Positions 12,240 through 24,948 of a DNA stretch of 64,000 bases are shown here, in pieces (within the stretch, counting starts at the first letter, position 1; every line of letters begins with the position of its first letter). Source of the stretch: Chrysomallon squamiferum. Lineage: Eukaryota > Animalia > Mollusca. Below the pieces are notes generated by a model. The model saw only the letters and a list, made by a program, of their open reading frames with translations, ran no database searches and was not told where the DNA came from. The DNA lies in the NCBI GenBank assembly GCA_012295275.1, contig CM022671.1, positions 15,500,001 through 15,564,000 on the forward strand. Direction: 5' to 3'. Position numbers and translations under genes: made by a program.

Positions 12240-15200
12240 GTGTGGTAGTGTGTGTACATGTTTGAGTGTGTATGTATATATATATATATATTTTACACAC
12301 ACACAAACCTATGTAACTAATTCTTCTCTCTAGCCCAAGACATGATTTTATTTAAGCAAACGTAATCCATATTACTTAGAACATGTCACTTCTAACGTTG
12401 TTAAACGTTATTACACCTATAAATATTAATTTCAGATAAATTTTAAAATAATGTTTTAACGATAGTCTTAAGTTTATTCAGATCTTATTATCATCTTAAA
12501 GAGCTACAATCAGAAAAAAATATTTGCCTATTGCTTGGTACGCTTATTTATAATATTTATGAACGCTGCAATATTATATGGTGTTTTATGAACAGTTTTT
12601 ATTATAATATTCGCAATAATCAATCTCGACTTTTGCAACAGGTTTGAAAAAAAAAAGAAACAAAAAGAAATCATCATAATCAAGCTAATAAATTGTTACG
12701 TAAAAATAGTGACGTCACATAAGGTACCAAAACTAAGCGTAAAGCCGTAACAATATATATGGCCAGCTGTTTAAGTGACGTCACAAAAGGTTAGACTCTA
12801 ACCTTTTGTGACGTCACCTAAACAGCTGGCCAGAGAAGGTCGAACCAAAGTTTTTCACTGCAATGGTAGCAAATTCGAATTTAGCAGTATGAAAACCATT
12901 TCCTTCCATAAAGTTGAAAAAACAACAATGTTATATGACTTAATTGTAGCTCTTTAATCAGTCTACTTCTATACTTTAACGGCTGTGATATTTTTCATAA
13001 AATAATTATATGCTTGCACATGTACCTGAAAACAAACTAATTATGTTATATACAATATATTGTTTAAATAAACAATTTTCCACAATGACACGTACGTGAA
13101 TAAAAAATAAATTAAAATATAATCTAAATCAATACACAGACCATGGGTACCAAATAATTCATTTAAAAACTACTTCACACTTGTGGCGATCAAACAAAAA
13201 TTTTACGAATTCATTCCTAGCTCTAGATATTACCGGTTATCACAGCTTGTTATTCTGTAGCTTGTAATTAAGTTGGATTTATTATTATTACTATTATTAT
13301 TACTAATATTTTTTTCCATTCTGCGATAGAAAAATCAATAATGTGCTGTTTTATGGATAGAAAGGCAGAATAAACTGGTTTTCTAACATTTATGAGTCAC
13401 TGTGAGGTTATCGGGAAAAAAAACACGTGATGGCCTTATTCTACAAATATTCACTAACTGAACATTCTCACTTATAAATATACTGAGTGTATAATATACT
13501 GCTGTTTTCATTTCCTCACTTCAGATTAAAAACGCAGTAAGCAGCATCAAAACAGAAGTTCCATTTGCGACTACGACACTGAGTTAGATTATTATAATTA
13601 TGTCATACTGTGCTACCTCGACTTACGAGTGCCCCTAAATCCGAGTTACGAGCGAGCTTCAGATATGCCGCCGCTAGTTGGCGCAACGAACAACGTAACA
13701 TCCGGCCAGCAGCCCGCGTGGTTACCTCGTCGCGGAAGCATCTCTGTTGTGTTGTGCTCGCGTTTTGTGCAGTATTTTGCCAAATTTGCAACGGACAGTG
13801 CTGAGAAGAAGAAGCGGATGATGTCCATTGAATTAAAGCTTGAATTCAAAGAAAAACATGAGCGAGGTGTGCATGTAGGCGACTTGACCATGCAGTACGA
13901 GCGTAGTACATTCTACGATATGTACCACACTGAAGCTGAAGGGGTCGATAAAGGCTGTAACTCCAGCCAAAGGCGTTAAAATAATTTGTCTGATCTCCAA
14001 GATAAATATACTTTACAAAACCAATTTATTTCATCACATTCTCTTTTATTTTGATTTTTATACAATATTTGTCATTTATAAATACATTTTTCTTATATAA
14101 AAATACGTTACACTATACATATATATATTGATTTGATATACAAGCAAACTGAGATATAAGCTCGGACACGGAACAAATTAAACTCGTAAGTCAAGGTAAC
14201 ACTATTTTATATTAAAACATTCTATTTTGATTTATATCGCGTAAAATGAGCTAGATATGTTGAATTGCACCTAGAACGATTTCTAAATATCACTCCCAAT
14301 ATACCTTCTCTCATTAATTACTGATTTTAACATGCATTTTTTTTTAACAGAGAAGAATAAAAGGTAAAAATAAGATCGAGCGAAAGAGAAGAATTAATCC
14401 TGTGAAATATTTTAAATTATTCATCATATTAGTGTTTAAAACTGTGTATTTTAATTATTTCATGCCGCAAAAAAATATTCTAATTATTTTCCGTCTTAAT
14501 CAAATACATAATACAGTTTATATCACATGCTTTCCATTGTTTCACACAGTTTGTTTTGTAACTGTTTTCCAGAGTAATTCTAAAATAAAGCAATTTATTT
14601 AAACTTCATTATAGCAGTTTAACCACCATGCAAAGGGTAAAACTTTAGTATACTTAAAATGTCAGCTTTAAAATTTTAAGTATACACAAAACATGCACAT
14701 ATTCAATGTGTCATTATACGCAAACAAGATCATGTCCAATACACATACAAAAGACATGCACAAGTTTAAATCCAAAGTCTACATGAAATGTCTGACGTAA
14801 TTCACTACCTGCGTCTGTAAACAGTCAATGTCAACGTGTTTTCTTTGAACAGTGTCAGTGTTATCTTCAGTTACGTCTGCTTCTGGTTCTGGTTTTGGTT
14901 CTGGTTTTGCTTCTGGTTTTTCTTCTGGTTCTGGTTCCAGATCCCATTCCCAGTCCTCAACTCGTTCTTCCTTTTTTGGCACAGTTTGAGCCAATGCCGC
15001 CAGTGTTCCGGGTCGCAGCCATCCTTCCTTCGTCTCAGTCGCTTCTGACTGTTCTGTTTTAGTCTTTTTTGAAGCATCGTCGTCAGCTACATTTTCTTTG
15101 TCCTTGCCTTTCGACTTTTTCTTGTCCTTTTTCTCTTTCTTTTTACGAGTATTTTTGAACAAATCTTTGATTGGCATCTATTATGAATAACATTGAAAAG

Positions 15201-16176
15201 AAACATAAATAGCCACTTATGTATACACAGACCTTTACAATATGAAATGGAGTTTTTGCCTTTTTCGCATTTAAGTCCCAGTGTGAACTACCAAAACGAA
15301 AATGAAAACAAAAGGTAATTAAAATAAAATAAGCTCTAATAATTTCTAAATGGTTTATATATTTCACTACATATTTATACCTCTCAATCCATGTGGGTCA
15401 AAGCTCTAAGCTACTTGAAGCTGAACTATATTTTTAGATAAATACTGGAAAAATCACATTTTTTTCCCTCTCATTCTAATTTATATTCCTCTACCTTATC
15501 TGGATTACAGTTTTCCTTGTCTTGTTCAGAAGTAGGAGAAGGTTCTTGTCCCTGGTCTAGATCCGCCTCTCTGTCACTGAAGGTCTTGTTGTTAACTTCG
15601 TTATCGATCAGAGGACTCTCATCTGCAATATAAAGTTTTCTGTCAATATCACAATATTGCATGACAGAAAAAAAAAAAAAAATATTATACATGTCTATAT
15701 AATTCTGCGATCACTGAACTTAATTAAATAATGGCCAACGCAGACTTACAATCAACTGAAACATTATTTCCAGTATCTTCTTTTTCAGTTGGTGCCTCGT
15801 GGTCATCATCAACAGAAAAAACTGCTTCTTGACCATGCTGCTTTAGATGTTTTTGTAAAGATTTTCGAAGACTTTTCGCCTCTTTCTTGGCGGAGTCAGT
15901 GCCGTCATAGCGACTTATTCTGTTCAGAGCTCTCTCGCATTTACCGCATAGGTTCACGGATGCATAGTCTTCACGTACTTCGACTTTTAGAATCTTGGTG
16001 AAGAGCTTTCGAGTTTCCTCTGCAGAATCCTGGGTCAGCAACAGGAAACTTCGACCATCTACCCTGAGATTGACTCCGCATACGAGGCACCAAGGATCAG
16101 CCCCATTCTGCTGTTTGCCTCGTTTTTCGACCGACGTCTGTTTTAGGTAAACACCTTTGCTTCCCTTTTTCATCAT
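11010..16176 (-). CDS. Uncharacterised 383-aa protein: N-terminal C4 zinc module (ZAD-like), charged disordered body, C-terminal CCTIL CaaX box
   Basis: Exons 15750-16176, 15495-15622, 14809-15177, 11010-11237, GT-AG, phases 1/0/0, total 1152 nt. The N-terminus has CLVC...(~43 aa)...LCGKCERAL. The body has Lys-rich and (EP/KP)-repeat segments. The last exon ends GMLCCTIL*. Additional or alternative exons cannot be excluded. Confidence 0.75.
12154..12237. repeat. (CT)n microsatellite, representative of many simple repeats in the window
   Basis: Pure CT run. Others: (GT)n ~3128-3175, (ATT)n ~5627-5688, (TCTA)n/(TA)n ~18062-18155, (AAT)n ~19386-19502, (GT)n ~30515-30555, (CA)n ~55340-55397. Confidence 0.95.
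12500..12953. mobile_element. Non-autonomous DNA transposon (MITE), Kolobok-like, with internal 73-bp palindrome
   Basis: TTAA|AGAGCTACAAT at 12496-12510 and ATTGTAGCTCT|TTAA at 12943-12957 are exact inverted repeats with TTAA duplications. A TTAA TSD plus purine-purine termini is characteristic of Kolobok elements. It lies in an intron of the CaaX gene. Confidence 0.75.
13608..14204 (+). mobile_element. Internally deleted Tigger/pogo (Tc1-mariner superfamily) element retaining the CENP-B-type HTH N-terminus
   Basis: Left end TA|CTGTGCTACCTCGACTTACGAGT; the right end reverse-complements to TAGTGTTACCTTGACTTACGAGT (~23-bp imperfect TIR). Internal frameshifted peptide KKKRMMSIELKLEFKEKHERGVHVGDLTMQYERST/STICTTLKLKGSIKAVTPAKGVKII resembles the N-terminal HTH of Tigger/TIGD transposases. 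There is no DDE domain. Confidence 0.8.
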
Positions 16177-18061
16177 TTGGTTTTGGAAATGTATTCTGGA
16201 GCGGCGGCTTCGTGCAAATAAACAAGTTTGCTATGTTAGCACTTCATGCTGTACACCATATGTTGCAACGATTTCTTGTGAAGCGAAACAAAGCAACAAC
16301 TTTATTACAATGATACAGTCATTCCATGTTCAGAAATATCTAGCTGAATCAATATGAGCTAGAATAACATGTAGATATCAATTTATTTCAGAAATGACAG
16401 TGTGGGGTCTCTCACCAAACGAATGCAGCGTAGGTGACAGTGTTTACATTTTATCTTTATCTTAAAGTTCAAGGTTACGTGGAGAAACGTATTATTTTTA
16501 TGTTGTAGGCTGTGATGAAAGCGATTTAATGAATAAGAAAATGAAACATTCTAATTTGGTAGTTTAAGTGTTTTAATTACAGGGAGATATGATGAAATAG
16601 TCTAAATATATTCAGTATGTTTTATTTGACGTATTTCAAATTTTATTTAATCAAGAACTATATCAAATAAAGAGACAAATTTTAAAAATCTGCCCTATTT
16701 TTCCAGTCCTGACGTCATTGCGTACTGGACAAATATGTTAATGTCAGCAAAAAAACAAACATAAAAAAACCTTTCTGCCATATACGCAATGACGTCACGA
16801 CGCTAGTTTTAAATCGGGTAAAATGTCGGAAAATTCAGAAGCTGTATATCAGTATTATTTTTTACTGCTGTGTTTGTTATGAAAAATAATAACTTGCCCA
16901 AAACAATAATTTGGAAGTGTAAATATAATTTTATTTCATATATTATTTGTACTGCCATAGGCACCCTTTAAAGTGTTATATTGCTAAAATCAGAATAAAA
17001 TAATATATAAAATTACATATATAAAATGTTTCATTTAACTGAATACATATAGCGATATGTATCCTGTAAATGCCAGTTAAGATATAAAGTTTCAGAAAAT
17101 GGAGACGGCTGGTTTTTCCTCTTATATTATCACATCATATTTTGTAAAGCTATTTTCACAGATTTCAGCTTGAATGCCGAATTAAGGTTTCTCTTTTTTT
17201 TTCTCTAACTAATATGCGTTTCAATACACTATTATACCTGTAATGTATTTCCCTGAAAATGCTTAACTCTGATTCCACATCTCAGCATGTCACATTGAAC
17301 AAACTTCAGAGGTCGTTGAAAATGAATACATTCCAAAGGCAACTTGCACGCAATTGAATAATGAATGTATTAAGCGACATTAACATAATTGCCACACAGC
17401 AGTCAAATGACAACATTTACATGCTGATAATAATAATATAAAAATTACAGTCGTAAATATTAATGTCATTAAGAAGCAAAGAAATTCATATTTGTATTAA
17501 TAGTAATAATAACAACAACAACAACAACAACAATAATAATACGATGATGATAATATTATGAAGCAAAAATAGTGATAATTATTAGTTTTAATTATTATGA
17601 CTAGAATTTAAAGTAATTTATGATTTTAAATATCTGAACAATACATGGAAAGAAGGCGGCTTGGATCAATTCTGAATAACACACAGATACACACACACAC
17701 ACACACACACACATACACACACACACACGCACACATTCACACACTCGGCCAAGTGAAAAATGCTTTTCCTGTTACCATTCCCACGTAAGTTTATTAAGAA
17801 TAAAATTCAAACAATTATTGTATAATCAATTTCATTTTAATTGTTACATTACCATATGCCACATTGCAACAATTTATAGATTTTTGTTTATTCTGAGTGA
17901 ACGAAACGGCCCACAATACCAACAGTAATAATTTCCTTCATTCGAAACAATATGTAAATTTAGACACAGAGCTTATCAATAATTTATTATCGTTTTAAAG
18001 GCTTTCTTCATAGATCATTATTTTTTATTTATTTTATTTAATATGAATAAGCATAATTATA

Positions 18062-18159
<98 letters not shown>

Positions 18160-19384
18160 TGTTAAATTCAGAATACACACACAGATACACATAAAATATG
18201 CACAAATATATGCATGATTGAGGTTATTATTTTTGTTCTTGGACTGAAATTTGATATACTTTGTTCTCAGTGACACAAAAATCGTGTTAAAAAAACCCAC
18301 AATCAATACACACTGAACATAACATGTTTTGTGTTGAATTATATTAACACACGCGTGATTATTATTCAAATAATAACTATCTTTTCCATGTGTGATAATC
18401 CTTCGATAATTCAGTAATGGCGGACCCAAAACGGTAAAAAAAAAAAGACCACTTAAAGAATTATAATCATCCGGATTCGATGCTCAAAAACGGTCCCGTA
18501 GATTTTTTTCTTCTCTTTTACAAATTACAATTTTGCATTATATTTTATCCAGTTAAAGTAATGTGCACGTTTTGTTCACGAATGATTACAAACCGAACTG
18601 AAAATGCTGTTTGGTAAGGGGTAACCATCAACCAAATGTTTTCTCTAAAGGGTACAGTCAGAAAAAATAATAAAAATAATAATAATAATAAAATCCTCAC
18701 AAGATTTATTTGTTTTGCCTTAATTTTGGTTTAATTAGAGTATTTAGATGTTTATGTATCTGATGACGAATGTAAATATAGGTGTTATTGTGTTGAACGA
18801 GTATGCCCAAATAAACAAATACAATAGTTAAACACACAGATTTATGGTAAAATAATTCGTAATGTTTTTAATTTACATGAAGATAAATAAAGAACGTTTT
18901 AAAAAATAGATAAAATCTTGAAAAAAAAATGGAAGAGCCCCAAAATTCCATTAAACTGAGTTAGAAGATAATAAGACGACAAGGAAAAAATAAATAAAGT
19001 AAAATAATAATAAATAAATAAAAAAGAATAAAATCCATATTGAAAGTTTCGAGCAATGTACTTCAGTTCTAGTTAATTTGATTTTCTTGTAAAATATATT
19101 AGATCAACCTATAAATATATTTGTTATTGGCGTTTTTGTGGGTATTTTATTTCATTTCATTATATTTTATTACATTTATAAATTAGTTTTTGTTGTTGTT
19201 GTTGTTGTTGTGGTTGATAATGTTGTATTTTTGCTAGCGATATAGCTTCACCTTATTAAACCTAACACACACACGTTTAAAAAACAAAACAAAAAAAAAA
19301 CAACAAAAAACAATTACCATGAAAACTTAATATTCTTTAAATTATAATAAACCGTAAGCAGTTATATTAAAAACAATAATTTAA

Positions 19385-19445
<61 letters not shown>

Positions 19446-19466
19446 GTAATAATAATAATAATAATA

Positions 19467-19510
<44 letters not shown>

Positions 19511-20835
19511 TAAGAATTAAAAAAACGTAGCAAGTATAAACAAATAAATAAACATTTTAAAACATTTTTCTTCTTACTCAGATATTCATTTCTATGTATG
19601 ATTTTCTTTTCGTGGGATAATTTTTGTTTTACTTACATTACTTGTCTTGCTATTTATCCACTTCATAACGTTACGGCGAAGTCTTCACAAAACCAACAGT
19701 TTGTTAATTAAGATAAAACGTTCCAGTAAATTTGTGCACGCACTCGCGTTTATGCCGCCGATCATTGACAGAATTATTTAGGTCACAACTGAGTTTAAAA
19801 GAAAAGGATAATGCAGAAACAAGCTGTTTCCACGCGGTTAAAATACCTAGTTATTGTTATAAACGCTGCAGTGCGAAATGGCATTATAGTGAGCGGAAAA
19901 AAATAAATAAATAAAAATAAGAAACACATAAATATTTACATTTTGCGTTTCGCAAGGGTGTTGTGTTTTCCATAAAAAATTCCCTAGATTATTGATCTCT
20001 TATTAAAAGATTAAAATATTTTTTTTTTTTTAAATGTTTTTGTAAACACAGAAAATGTCCATATTAATAATCGTAATCTTGTTAAAAAGGAAAAAAGCAG
20101 CAGCAACAACAATAGCAACGACATCAGCATCAACAAAAACAACAACAACAGCAGCAACAACAACAACAACAACAACAATAATAATAATATTAATTAATTT
20201 CTGCATTTCTTAATTTCATCGAATTTTTAATATTTTCTTTTTACAAGGTGAAAGGATTACTTGTTTAAAAATACAGAGGACAGCATTTGTGGTATTATAA
20301 CTATCGATGAGAACCTCACAGGTTATGATGGGCAAAATTTGCTTCGGCAACAAGGAGACTATAATTTTTCTGTTAGAAGCAAATATCTTTTGTATGTACG
20401 ATTTCTATAATGATTTCGCGAGAAGGGAATCCCCAATTGGTGTTTTTTTTTTTTTTTTTAATTACTTCTCGTGAAATGTTTTTAAATTCATCCTTTAACA
20501 CCAAATCATTCCAGTGCTCTTTTCTTTAAATGATCTTGCTGCTTTTTTTTTTTTTTGGTTATTATTTAGCCACGTGGCTATGAAATAATTAATGAAACAT
20601 AGCGAAGTAGTAAAAAAAAGTCTACTTACAAGATTAATGAATGAAATTATTCCTTTATGACGTAATGACGTAGTAGATAAAAAAATGGATGAAATTTACT
20701 AACACGTCTGCTTTATAGCTGATTGTTAACACGAACTGTGGGTGTTTGGTTTTTGCATTCACCACGTGAACTGACTGGTCAAACAACTCGCTTTTAATCT
20801 CGCTGATTTCAGACAAAAATAAAAAGTTAATCAGC

Positions 20836-22420
20836 CTAATAAATATAACACTCTGCATAGACGTACCTAATAAAACAACGTTTTATTTAATCAGCGTATT
20901 TCTCTAAAACACGAACTGGATATTAAGGTGAAATAAAAGTAATATAACTTGATAATGTTTGAATTTTTAAAATTACTGTATTTTATTAATTAAATTAAAA
21001 GAAAGTACCACACAGAAAAGTCTAACTTACAGTCTGTTGACAATGCATATAAAATGAATAAAACTTAGATTTTCAGTTTTGTTCACAGTCTTAGCGACAT
21101 ACTACACTCAATCTGTCTGCGTAATTTACTTAACCGCTGAATATATAATTATTACTCTGACATTCCATATCAACAATTAAATTCTATTCTAGAAGTAAAA
21201 CAATTATCTTTAGGTAACTAAATGTCAAACACTAACACGGAAATACATCTGGAATGTATTATTTCCGAGGAGGGGTTGAAAAGAGACAAAAATAACCGTT
21301 AATTTTAATGAACTCATTTTTATTTTAACCTGGTTAAGAACAACCCAGATATTAGTAGAGAAAATTCGCGCCCGCCAAAGAATGAACAGCGCTTTTCAGT
21401 TAGAAGAATGGTTCTTTCATTAACACCATCCCAGTAACTAATGGCGAGGTGCTGGGTGAACGGGAAAAAAACACTGTGAGCTCTGTGAGTAGAATTGATC
21501 TCGCAACTATCACGCCTCACCTCTGTACTAAATCCAGTAACAGGAGAGGAAATGTCACTTCAGTGACAACTGATGGAACGAAAACGAAAGAAAAGATCTC
21601 ATCAGCTACTAAACATCATCATCATCACCAAAACAGTAATAATCAGAAACAAAATATCGGTACCGAGCCATTTATCTTGAAGTTTGGTACCGGATGTTAT
21701 CTGGCTTCTTTGGATACAGGTTAATGGGAACGAAGGAAAACTCATCATAAAATACTAAGCTTACAATCAACAGTAGCAGAAGCAATAACATCAACAACAA
21801 CATCACCACCATTATCATTAGCAATAACAAAATCATAATCATAATGCATTAAAATATAGAATGAACAATGTAAAATAAATAATAGCACTGTATTTATACA
21901 AAATTAATAAACTTCTAAAGAAGGATCTGTTTCGTCTTTATTAATTCGCTTAAAAATTGTTAAAACAGGTGTATAGAATACATTTCTTGCTAGCAAGTTG
22001 CTAATGAAAAGCGTGTTGTATACAGGTATTGTATTGGGAGAGGATAATCTGCAGAACATACGGCAAAATACTCTCACTTGAACTGGCGTCATGGAAACCA
22101 AAACAAAGTAAAGGCGAAATTCAAAAGTAGGCAGTTTTAAAAAATGTATTACTGATTTTCTGGGTTTTACGGATTTCTGAAAGACGGATAAATGGTAATA
22201 ATAATAAAATGTTTAAAAATAAACAAAACAACAACAATAACAGTAATAACAGTAATAATAATAGTAAAAGAATTGAGGAATCAGTATCATGAGTAATATC
22301 CTACCGTAGTTTTCTTCATGGTTGTGCCATTCTCCAGAACCACTGCGACTTTTTCCATGCTCCTTTTTAGCATTTTTCTTAATGCGGGCTGCGAAAATAG
22401 ACAGAGAGATAGATAACTGT

Positions 22421-22471
<51 letters not shown>

Positions 22472-23752
22472 TAAACGATAAAATTATAAAAATTATTTAA
22501 AAAGGTAACTCTTTATATTATATTATAATATATAATGAACATAATATTTCAAATAAATAGCGTTTTTTTCTTTTTCTTTTCTTGTTTGTTTGTTTGGATG
22601 TTTTTGTTTTTGAAGTTATTATGTTATTTTAAAAGCTATATTTCTTGAACAGTAAGTATTAAAATGAAACAAACAATATTAATTCTAAACACCACCCCAA
22701 TAAAAAACAAACAAAAAAGCCCACGTCCTTAGGAATCTCTGAAAAACGCCAGATTTAAAATCGTGAGCTTAAGGATATACTGTCTATCAAGTGCAACAAA
22801 CACTGTTTTTCAAATGATAAATCCTCTTTTATAGAACACGATATTTCCCGCATAGTTACATTACTGCATTATATCGGTCTGAAATAAATAATAACGTTTT
22901 TTCGCTCCGAACATTCTAAAAGCATGTTACATTTTTATCTGAAACCTTTCAAATGTTTTTTATTTTTTATTTATTTTTTGGTTTCTTTGTTGGTTTTTTT
23001 TTTTTTGAAATTCTTTGATGATAGGACAAATATTTCAACCGGTAGAGCTAACAGCCAAAAGGAAAGCTTTATACTGATTGGACAGTTTCTCGCGTCATGC
23101 AGATTAAAAAGCGTAAATCTTGTTATTTGTTTAATTTTGGCAACAAAGAAATTTTATCAGTGAGAAAAAGATAAATATTATTTACTTAAAGTTATATATA
23201 CAATAAAAAAAAATAATAAAAATAAATAAATATAAAATAATCAGAAATAAAAGAAAAAAAATGAAAAAAAATCTTCAGGTTCATTTCGTAATTTCCTGCT
23301 TCATTCTAACCTTGTTCTCACACTTGCATCATACAAGATGACCTCTTTTTCTTCTTCTTCTTTTTTTTTTTTTTTTTTTAATACAGCGAGTTCGACTCGG
23401 TGCCAAGAGTGTGTTTGAGATATTCGCAGTAACAAGCTTCGCTCAACACACGTGTTAGTTATTTCTGAATGCGCAGTTCCAGCACTCGCTTCACACGGTG
23501 CACTGACGCCCTATCACGTTGTTGTTACGCATGCACCGAGCATCATTCTTAACTCACCGCTTCTGTTCTTGTTTCTTTTCTTTCTGTTCCTACGTCTGCC
23601 TCCGACGACAAGTGCGCCATACTGCTCCTTGTCCGAGAGCAACGCCTTGTTTATGGCATTCCTGATACTCTCCCCTAAGGGTTGCCGCATGGCACGACCC
23701 GGTGAATTTGAAACGAATTTGTCAGAAATGTAACATGGTGTACCTTGAAAAA

Positions 23753-23784
<32 letters not shown>

Positions 23785-23851
23785 AAAAAAAAAGAGAAAA
23801 ATATTTCCGAATTATTATTTTTAAAATGAAGTTAATAAAATGATGTGTCTG

Positions 23852-23883
<32 letters not shown>

Positions 23884-24306
23884 ATGCATCCATGTGTATG
23901 TGTGTGTGTGTGCGTGCGTGAGTGTGTGTTTGTGGGTGAGTGTGTGTGTGTGCGTGTGCTGGTAAATAACATTCAAATATTAAACGGATGGATGGATATA
24001 CATGCAAACAAACATGCACCCTCGCACATTAATATATTAGAACTGATGTACAGGAATCGTATATCCGTAGTTAATAAAGTTATATAACGTGTATGGAAAA
24101 AAAGTAATGATTCACATTTAAGGAATGTGTACATAAATTACATAATATATAATATTATTACATATGAATAATAAAAACAGAATGTTTTCAAAATGAAATA
24201 CGTGAAAAATTAATACAAACTTACGTAAAACTGGTCTTATTATTTTATGAACTAAACCTTGACAATAACGATCTTGTAGTAAGCCATGAATAAGAATCTC
24301 GTTCAT
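20836..24306 (-). other. Orphan spliced locus (small protein or lncRNA), divergent from MUL1
   Basis: GC-richer islands bounded by good splice signals: 23558-23743 (poly-T CAAG| ... G|GTGAGT), 22305-22388 (TTTTCGCAG| ... G|GTAGGA) and 21521-21569 (TTCCATCAG| ... AG|GTGAGG). Possible flanking exons end at 24225 (C|GTAAGT) and start at 20866. Two different frames are open across the joined exons. No family recognised. Confidence 0.4.
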
Positions 24307-24586
24307 ACCTGGGGAACTTTGCCAAATCTCGCAGAATCTCTTTTGTGATTTAGCAGTTTGCAGACGATTTTGTTTCACACGCTTTGGAAACAATGAAGGA
24401 AGGACGTAATGGTTTATTTGATTAAAATATAACTATTAACAGCAAGGGTTCTTTTAAATGCACTTTCTCAATAACATGAAAGCACATACGACAACTTTAA
24501 CTGACTAGTCACGATACATTGGTCAAGTCAACAGTGTGTCAGTGTGTACGTCGGGTGCGTGTATGTTTTACAGAGGTTTAGTGTAT

Positions 24587-24628
<42 letters not shown>

Positions 24629-24948
24629 CAATTTCGTATTCCGGATTCAATATAAAATTACAAATAGAAAATACATCAACCTTCAAAAGTGATGGAATAG
24701 ATTTACATTTTATTTTTATCAAATATAATTAGCTATAAAATATAATTATTAGATAATAAAAGCTGTGTATTTTATTACCCAAAATTTAATACGGACCCAA
24801 TTTGTTTCTGTCAGGAATTTAGAAATTTAAATATCCCATTTCCGTATTTTTGCTAAGTTTAAATTTACTTTTATCGGAGACGGTACTTTCGTATCTATGT
24901 TTGTCCTTGTCTTTTATTATTTATTTGGTTTTATAGGTGTCGTCAGCA

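Noticed and set aside
12968-13025. Possible alternative terminal exon of the CaaX gene (TTTTCAG|GTACAT..., VHVQAYNYFMKNITAVKV*)
   Set aside because: The acceptor is good and in phase, but the sequence is AT-rich with no coding signal and abuts a MITE; it cannot be supported without transcripts.
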